Assembly: GCA_036507075.1 (NCBI GenBank)
Contig: DASXQR010000233.1
Coordinates: 1-44,131 of the forward strand
Direction: 5' to 3'
From: Acidobacteriota bacterium
GTDB lineage: Bacteria; Acidobacteriota; UBA6911; JACQSX01
Length of the DNA: 44,131 nt
The translations under genes were made by a program, and so were the position numbers. Shown here piece after piece: positions 38,219 through 44,131 of the stretch. Position 1 is the first letter of the stretch. Each line of letters opens with the position of its first letter. The notes under the pieces are model-generated. The model ran no database searches and was not told the DNA's origin. It saw only the letters and a list, made by a program, of their open reading frames with translations.

Positions 38219-38552
38219 CGAGTTCCGGGTTTTCGGGTTCCGGGTTTTCGGGTTCCGGGTTTTAGGGTTCCGGGTTTTCGGGTTCCGGGTTTCCGGGTTC
38301 CGGGTTTCCGGGTTCCGGGTTTTCGAGTTACGGGTTGCGAGTTGGCGATTTGGGAAATTCACAATTGCGATCATTACAATTTCAATTTACAACTCGGGAC
38401 CCGTAACCCGGAACCCCGTAACCCGTAACCCGGAACCCGTAACCCGTAACCCGTAACCCGTAACCCGCAACCCGGAACCCCGCAACCCGCAAACCCGCAA
38501 CCCGCAAACCCGCAACCCGAAAACCCGAAAACCCGAAAACCCGAAAACCCGC
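38219..38552. repeat. Large inverted tandem-repeat element (CGGGTT(C/TT) / AACCCG)
   Basis: Left arm 38219-38343 of alternating cgggttc + cgggtttt units; ~45-nt AT-rich core; right arm 38389-38552 of ~22 (a)aacccg(t/c/g/a) units. Confidence 0.95.
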
Positions 38553-38558
38553 AGCGCG

Positions 38559-38588
38559 TTGGCAACTTCAACCAGAAAGGTTTACAAT
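38559..38588 (+). promoter_or_regulatory. Candidate sigma-70 promoter, probably leaderless
   Basis: TTGGCA-18 nt-TACAAT, then 6 nt before ATG 38595; no SD. Confidence 0.5.
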
Positions 38589-38594
38589 GAACAC

Positions 38595-40148
38595 ATGCGA
38601 AAGTGCTGGCTTGTGTCGGTTTTGTTCTCCTGCCTGATTTCCTATTCCGTGGCGGGCGTGTCGCCCCTCCGTTTGAGCGCGCTGGAAGGGGAAGCCGCCG
38701 TAAAACATGACACTTCCGACGACTGGGTGCCCCTGGAGCCTAACTTTCCTCTGACGGAGGGAGATCGCATCGTGGTGCAGCCGGGATCTCGACTGGAGTT
38801 GGAGGTCGGGATGCGTTCGGTCGTACGACTGGACTCCGGCGCAGACCTCTTGTTGGAGTCTGCGCAGCCTTTGCGGCTGGCGCTTTACAGAGGCAGCGCC
38901 ATTATCCGCACGGGCGGGCAAGAGGCGCGGTTGACAACCGCTTCATCGGAGATTCGCCTGCAGGCAAACGGCCGCTTTCGAATCGATGTGAACGAATTGT
39001 CCGCCCAGACCACAGTATTCAGAGGCAGGGCAGAGATCAATGGCAGGCAATTCTATTCCGGCTCGTCCGTTTTGGTGCAGGGCGGCAACCTCATGGCTCC
39101 GGGCGCCACCGTTCTTAAGGCCGATCTGTTTCAGCTCTGGAGCGAACGGCGCGATTCCAACTACGCATTTGACAGATCAGCAGAATACGTTCCTTCCAAT
39201 GAGATCGCGGGCGTTTCCGAACTGGACAGTTATGGAACCTGGTCATATTCCTCGGTTCACGGAAACGTATGGTACCCGTATGTCAATTTGGGGTGGTCTC
39301 CCTACGGCGCGGGTCACTGGTACTGCTCGCCAAACTTTGGATGGACCTGGATCAGTGCTGAGCCATGGGGCTGGCTTCCCTATCACTATGGCAGGTGGAC
39401 TCTGACTTCTCGCGGGTGGTGCTGGGTTCCCGGCAACGCGTCCTATTTCAGCACCTGGTCTCCTGCGCTCGTTTATTTTCTCAGAAGCAATCATTTCATC
39501 GGCTGGTTCCCGCTCGGTCCGGGAGATCGTGTTTCTGCAAGCTTGGCGTCTTCGGGCAGGACCTGGGGAAACACACCTACCTGCGCCAATTGGGGGGTTC
39601 CCGGCGCGTTGATGTTTCTTCCGGCTCAGCGGTTCGCCAGGGGCGAAGGTCCACAGCCTGGCGTGGTGGCTGCGGGCTGGAACCTGGGCGACGGCCAGAT
39701 CACGGCGGATGTGTCCGATGTACGACCGCAGGCGAGTTTGTGGACAAATAATTCCAGCGGCGCACCGGCGATTTCAAGGCAGCAAACCGGCACGCTTTGG
39801 GGACATTCCCCATCCAGTGGAATCAACGGCGGGGGTAATTCAGGCCTCCGGCGTACTGGGAACCAGTCCTTCGGTCCGCCTGCAGGCGGCGGGGCGGTGA
39901 TACCGCAACAGGGTGGTTCCAGGATCGTTATTCCCCAGGAAGGCGCAAGTCGCGTTGTCATTCCGCGCCGCGAGCTTCCATCTTCCAATGATCGTCCAAC
40001 GTGGTCCTCTCCCCCGCGGAGCTCCGGTTCCGGGGGCCAATCCGGTCCGCTTTGGGGCCGGTCACCTTCTTCTGGCAGCGGGCCCTGGGGATCGTCTCGC
40101 AGCTCCGGTCCCACTACCAGCGACAGCTCATCCAGACGTCGGCCGTAG
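38595..40148 (+). CDS. Secreted FecR-domain / DUF6600-like protein with Ser/Gly/Pro-rich tail
   Basis: Signal peptide, NFPLTEGDRI, ELDSYGTW, WSPYGAGHW, GWTWISAEPWGWLPYHYGRW, GWCWVPG, GWFPLGP; start moved to ATG 38595. Confidence 0.8.
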   Translation: MRKCWLVSVLFSCLISYSVAGVSPLRLSALEGEAAVKHDTSDDWVPLEPNFPLTEGDRIVVQPGSRLELEVGMRSVVRLDSGADLLLESAQPLRLALYRGSAIIRTGGQEARLTTASSEIRLQANGRFRIDVNELSAQTTVFRGRAEINGRQFYSGSSVLVQGGNLMAPGATVLKADLFQLWSERRDSNYAFDRSAEYVPSNEIAGVSELDSYGTWSYSSVHGNVWYPYVNLGWSPYGAGHWYCSPNFGWTWISAEPWGWLPYHYGRWTLTSRGWCWVPGNASYFSTWSPALVYFLRSNHFIGWFPLGPGDRVSASLASSGRTWGNTPTCANWGVPGALMFLPAQRFARGEGPQPGVVAAGWNLGDGQITADVSDVRPQASLWTNNSSGAPAISRQQTGTLWGHSPSSGINGGGNSGLRRTGNQSFGPPAGGGAVIPQQGGSRIVIPQEGASRVVIPRRELPSSNDRPTWSSPPRSSGSGGQSGPLWGRSPSSGSGPWGSSRSSGPTTSDSSSRRRP

Positions 40149-40155
40149 CGCGCCG

Positions 40156-40205
40156 ACCACCAACGCCAAAAGACTCTTTGTGCCCTTTGTGTCTTTGTGG
40201 TGAAA
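40156..40205. repeat. 9-mer family array
   Basis: ctttgtgcc ctttgtgtc tttgtggtgaaa preceded by a degenerate accaccaacgccaaaag arm. Confidence 0.7.
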
Positions 40206-40217
40206 TCCGTTTTTCGG

Positions 40218-41039
40218 ATGCGAAGATTCCTGGGATTGTGGTTCGTTCTGCTCGTTTCGTATGTTTTTGCCTGGGCAGTCATAGGGGGGATTGGATTTCA
40301 AGCTTGGGATTTGCGTTACGAGGTTTGGATTAAGATCGTCCTGCTGCCGTTCATCCAGTCACTGGTCATCGGCGCGGTGATCTTCGGGTGTTGTCTTCCC
40401 CCTGTCGGCACACTCTTGAGAAATTCGATTCGCCGTGTGCCTGTGATTGGCTTACTGCTGGTGATTGACACTTTCATTCTGCTGGCAGGATGGCTCTTGC
40501 CACATTCTCGCTGGACGGACCTGTCGGGCTCGGGAAGTATCCCCAGCAACTACACAGGCCTGAAAGGGCTGGCGGCTGCGTTGATGGTGACGCAGCTAGC
40601 TCTGAAAGGTTCGTGGAAAATCAGCCAAAGGGCATGGCTGATCCTGTTTGCCTTCGGCGTGGCCGCCTTTGGTCTGAATTTCTTTCTTGCCTGGCCGGCG
40701 CGCATTTCCCAGGGAATGCTTACCGAATTGCCCCTCTTGTTGCGTTGGATCGTTCTGTTTGTTCCTTTGCTTATTGCTTCCATTTGGGTGCTTCTCAAGG
40801 TGGAATTGATATGGCGGGGCTTTTCAGAGGCAGCGGGAATGTTAATCAACGTCGCAGTCACATTTGCCTTACTGGAGGTGATAGTGGTTGCAAGCAGTAT
40901 TTTCAACCGGCCTTACCTGCTTGCCCCGTGGTCTACACTGGCGCAAACTTTGGGATACCTGTTGATGACTTCCATCTGGATTTCTATTTTTGAGGTGCGC
41001 AGATCCGCACAAGCCGGTCACGTTGACGCCCACGTTTGA
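40218..41039 (+). CDS. Hypothetical multi-pass membrane protein
   Basis: About 8 hydrophobic segments; no family recognised; last residues and stop derive from the adjacent family C element. Confidence 0.65.
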   Translation: MRRFLGLWFVLLVSYVFAWAVIGGIGFQAWDLRYEVWIKIVLLPFIQSLVIGAVIFGCCLPPVGTLLRNSIRRVPVIGLLLVIDTFILLAGWLLPHSRWTDLSGSGSIPSNYTGLKGLAAALMVTQLALKGSWKISQRAWLILFAFGVAAFGLNFFLAWPARISQGMLTELPLLLRWIVLFVPLLIASIWVLLKVELIWRGFSEAAGMLINVAVTFALLEVIVVASSIFNRPYLLAPWSTLAQTLGYLLMTSIWISIFEVRRSAQAGHVDAHV

Positions 41040-41258
41040 GGTCTACGGCCACGTGCATGTCAACGTCTACCAGGTACCTCCAAATGCTCGAAGAATTCAG
41101 AGCTTGAAGATCTTGGTCAACAGAAGACAGACTTATGACCTTTTTTTCGTGGGCGTTGACGTGGTCGTTAACGCCTATCGTTGACGTGCACGTGCACGTT
41201 GCCGTCCCCGGCTTTTTGTTTGGCCGCGGACTACAGTTGCGCTGAGCCTTTGTAGTGA
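41010..41258 (-). mobile_element. GTnnAC-hexamer element (family C)
   Basis: Homologous arms, core and terminus (ctatcgttgacgtgcacgtgcacgt..ggctttttgtttgg..gcgctgagcctttgtagtga). Confidence 0.85.
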
Positions 41259-41276
41259 TTTTTTCACGGATAATCG

Positions 41277-42443
41277 ATGCCTCACGTGAAGCCTTCAAAT
41301 CAGCTGGCGGTCATCACTGATCAGTGGAATCCGCGGGCCGGCGGCAGCGAAGCTTACCTGGCTGATCTGGTCCAGGAAATCGTCCGTCGTGAGTGTTCGG
41401 TCCGCGTTTACTGCCGCGCTTCCTCAGCGGCGCCGGAAGGATTCCGGCTGAGCACGATCCGATCGTTGTGGTTTGCGAAGTCTTTGCGCGAACGGAATTT
41501 CTGCCGCAAGTCAGTCCGGCTGGCATCCCCGCAGGCAGCGGCGGCGGTACTTGCCACCCGCGCTATGCCTGGCGTTACACACTGCCAGCTTCTTGGCGGG
41601 CTTTACGGGGATGCGTTCGAAGCCGAGCGGGAAGCCATGGAACCTTCGCTGCGGAAAATCATTTTCCCGGCCGCAAACCTGCTGAACCCCAAACGGAGAA
41701 TGTTGCTCGCGCTTGAACAAAAAACCCTGAGCGGCCCCCGTGTCCCGCGCCTGTGGGTTAATTCTGAGATGATTCGGCAGCGCCTTGCCGAGCGGTTCGG
41801 CATATCGGCCGAAACTATTTCAATGGTGCGACACGGAATCTGTCTCCGCTGCTTCAGTCCCGTTGCGCCTTCCACTGCGGTTGAGCCGGTGGGGAGCGGA
41901 AAGAATTCAAGGGCCTTGAAATTACTTTTCGTTGCGCACAATTTTCTGCTCAAAGGCTTGCACTGTGTTTTTGCAGCGATGAGAGAGGCGCTCAGGGGCG
42001 GTGTTGAGACCACGCTTCAGATTGTGGGCAACGGCGATGTTCGGGCTTTCTACAAAATAGCGGCTGATCTTGGAATTTCATCTCAAGTCTCCTTTCAAGG
42101 AGGTACCGACCGAAATGCGCTTGTGGAGTTTTACCGCGGCAGTGATGCGCTCGTCCACCCTACGTTTTATGACCCCTGTTCATCGGTGGCCCTCGAGGCG
42201 CTGGCATGCGGATGTCCCGTTATCACAACGCAGCGCAATGGGGCATCTGAGTTGATTCAGAACGGTCGTGAAGGTTTTGTCGTGGATCATCCGCGGAACA
42301 CCTTCGCTCTGGTCAGGACATTTGAAACATTGCTGGTCCGGGAAAGAGCGATGCAAATGCGCCGCTCGGCTGCCTTGCTGGGCCAGAGCTTTGATCTGAC
42401 GGCCCATGTAGATGCGCTGATGGAATGGCTCGGGTTAAATTAG
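41277..42443 (+). CDS. Glycosyltransferase GT4, WaaG/RfaG-like
   Basis: AGGSEAY, LLFVAHNFLLKGL, HPTFYDPCSSVALEALACGCPVITT. Confidence 0.85.
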   Translation: MPHVKPSNQLAVITDQWNPRAGGSEAYLADLVQEIVRRECSVRVYCRASSAAPEGFRLSTIRSLWFAKSLRERNFCRKSVRLASPQAAAAVLATRAMPGVTHCQLLGGLYGDAFEAEREAMEPSLRKIIFPAANLLNPKRRMLLALEQKTLSGPRVPRLWVNSEMIRQRLAERFGISAETISMVRHGICLRCFSPVAPSTAVEPVGSGKNSRALKLLFVAHNFLLKGLHCVFAAMREALRGGVETTLQIVGNGDVRAFYKIAADLGISSQVSFQGGTDRNALVEFYRGSDALVHPTFYDPCSSVALEALACGCPVITTQRNGASELIQNGREGFVVDHPRNTFALVRTFETLLVRERAMQMRRSAALLGQSFDLTAHVDALMEWLGLN

Positions 42444-42529
42444 TCTGTCAGTCTCTTAGTCCGTCAGTTATTGCTACTCGGCGAGACTGACTGAGAGACT
42501 GAGAGACTGAGAGACTGAGAGACTGACGG
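42441..42529. repeat. Inverted 8-mer (CAGTCTCT/GAGAGACT) array
   Basis: tagtctgt cagtctct tagtccgt cagt ... gactgact (gagagact)x4 gacgg. Confidence 0.85.
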
Positions 42530-42538
42530 GAGCAATCT

Positions 42539-43837
42539 ATGAATATTCGTTCGGCGTCAAAAATTTCTGCCGTGTCCATCCTGTTGTTCATGATTTCGGC
42601 TTTAGCACAGTCCGGGTCGGTCAGCGCGCTGCGGTGCGGGCGACTCTTCAATCCGGTAGAGGGGACACTTTCGTCGCATGTCGTGATATTGATTCGCGGG
42701 AACAGGATTGAAGCTGCGGGCGATAACGTTCAGATTCCTGATGGCGCGCGCAGCATCGACCTTACCAATTACACTGTTCTTCCCGGCTTGATTGATTGCC
42801 ATACTCATATTCTGCTGCAGCCGGAAGACGAGCGCGGCGTTCCCCCGGTGATCACAAAATCGCAGGCCTTCCGCACCGTTCAGGGAGTGGCGGCGGCAAA
42901 GAAGGACCTGGAGGCCGGATTTACCACCATGCGCGATCTGGACAGCGAAGGCGCCGGGTTTGCCGATGTGGCCATTCGCGACGGTATCAATCAGGGGATC
43001 ATACCCGGACCGCGCATGCTGGTGTCCACCAATGCCCTTACCATTACCGGAGGGCATATGAACAACGCCGGCTTGAATCCTGATATACAGATTCCCGATC
43101 CCGCCGCGCTGACCGATTCACGCGATGCCATGATTGCAGAGGTGCGGCGGGAAATTAAGTACGGAGCTGACTGGATCAAAATATACGCCACCGGCACGCT
43201 GCGACATATCGACCGGGATACCCTGGAACCGCTCAGTCAGATGTCGGTCGAAGACGTGCGGGCAATCGTGGCCGAAGCGAAACGATGGCGTCGTGACGTA
43301 GCGGCGCACGCCTATGGCGGCACGGGAGCCAAAAATGCAATTGCGGGAGGCGTCCGATCCATCGAACATGGGATGTTGCTCGATGACGAGGCGCTGAAGA
43401 TGATGCATGACAACGGAACCTACTGGTGTCCCACGCTCTCTGTTTATCTGGCCGGCTCGGAAGACGAGATGACGGAGGTCAGGCGTCGCATCATTGGGCG
43501 CCACCGCGAAGTTTTTCAGAAGGCTCTCAAAGCGGGTGTAAAGATTGTTTTTGGCACCGATGTGGGAGCATTCGAGCATGGAACCTCGACGCGTGAATTC
43601 AAGCAGATGGTCGATTACGGCATGTCTCCTGTGGAAGCGATCCGTTCCGCTACGACGCGAGCAGCCGAGTTGCTTCGGATGGAAACGGAGATCGGCAGCA
43701 TTCGCGCCGGCAAGCGCGCCGATGTGATCGCGGTCGAGGGAGATCCCCTGCAGGACATTACTGCGCTCAGCCGGACGGTGTTTGTGATGAAGGACGGCGT
43801 TGTCTACAAACAGCGGCTTCAGCCGGTCGGTAAATGA
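42539..43837 (+). CDS. Secreted metal-dependent amidohydrolase family protein
   Basis: Signal peptide, LPGLIDCHTH, AGFTTMRD, ADWIKIYA, VAAHAYG, SIEHG, FGTDVG, GKRADVIAVEGDPL. Confidence 0.92.
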   Translation: MNIRSASKISAVSILLFMISALAQSGSVSALRCGRLFNPVEGTLSSHVVILIRGNRIEAAGDNVQIPDGARSIDLTNYTVLPGLIDCHTHILLQPEDERGVPPVITKSQAFRTVQGVAAAKKDLEAGFTTMRDLDSEGAGFADVAIRDGINQGIIPGPRMLVSTNALTITGGHMNNAGLNPDIQIPDPAALTDSRDAMIAEVRREIKYGADWIKIYATGTLRHIDRDTLEPLSQMSVEDVRAIVAEAKRWRRDVAAHAYGGTGAKNAIAGGVRSIEHGMLLDDEALKMMHDNGTYWCPTLSVYLAGSEDEMTEVRRRIIGRHREVFQKALKAGVKIVFGTDVGAFEHGTSTREFKQMVDYGMSPVEAIRSATTRAAELLRMETEIGSIRAGKRADVIAVEGDPLQDITALSRTVFVMKDGVVYKQRLQPVGK

Positions 43838-44131
43838 GTGGGAGAGCGGGGGAGTGGGAGAGTGGGGGAGTGGGAGAGCGAGAGAGTGGGGCTTCGCCGG
43901 TGTCCGAACCGCGCGCGTAAGCAAGCGGACCCTCGATGCGGCCAACTCTGCGTACACAGCACTACGCAGATAAAAATAGGTTAGAGTTTCAATAGCGGTG
44001 CAGAAGTGCTCAATCGAGGGTCCGCTTGCTTACGCGCGCGGTTCGGACGTGGCCGAAATCCCCCACTCTCCTACTCTCCCGCTCTCCCACTCCCCCACTC
44101 CCCCACTCCCCCACTCCCCCACTCCCCCACT
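43836..44131. repeat. REPIN-like element nested in inverted GGG(A/G)GAGT 8-mer arrays
   Basis: Outer arrays 43836-43891 and 44060-44131 (runs off the window); inner perfect 36-bp IR 43902-43937/44013-44048; small hairpin 43947-43970. Confidence 0.92.

Noticed and set aside
38219..38552. Possible CRISPR array
   Set aside because: Units are 7-8 nt with no unique spacers, and there are no cas genes in the window.
38180..38571. Small ORFs with TRNPE/TRNPK and GLRV repeats (38180-38374, 38374-38571), similar ORFs at 13-255 and 30679-30882, and the N-extension of 10263-11288
   Set aside because: They are translations of the DNA tandem arrays with no independent coding evidence.
39780..40148. Internal repeats in the FecR/DUF6600-like tail (VIPQQG/VIPQEG, LWGHSPSS/LWGRSPSS)
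   Set aside because: Ordinary low-complexity disordered tail, common in this kind of protein.

Overview
Bacterial chromosomal window, moderately GC-rich by eye. The gene order recJ - large LptC/LptA-like protein - lptB - rpoN - hpf - rapZ suggests an Acidobacteriota-like organism, which is an inference. Positions ~0.3-27.3 kb are a surface-polysaccharide locus: an O-antigen ligase/Wzy-type membrane protein, an AsnB-type amidotransferase, two DegT/DnrJ aminotransferases, three SDR epimerase/dehydratases, an RmlC-type epimerase, a sugar C-methyltransferase, three further methyltransferases, seven GT4-type glycosyltransferases, a CDP-alcohol phosphotransferase, a Wzx flippase and WecA. Positions ~27.3-43.8 kb hold a PHP-type protein, recJ, the lpt/rpoN/hpf/TlpA/rapZ cluster, a FecR/DUF6600-like protein, a membrane protein, another GT4 and an amidohydrolase. 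Two signals stand out. (1) Sigma-54 carries an in-frame ~38-aa insertion resembling the YxCPMHP...PGxCPxCGMxL heavy-metal-binding module. (2) Essentially every sizeable intergenic gap holds a palindromic element from several families (inverted 6/7/8/9-mer tandem arrays, REP/REPIN-like hairpins), often nested and abutting stop codons. One family keeps what looks like the 3' end of a four-helix-bundle gene, suggesting empty derivatives of repeat-flanked mobile cassettes. I saw no rRNA, tRNA, CRISPR array or transposase gene. All protein calls come from motif recognition, not database searches.
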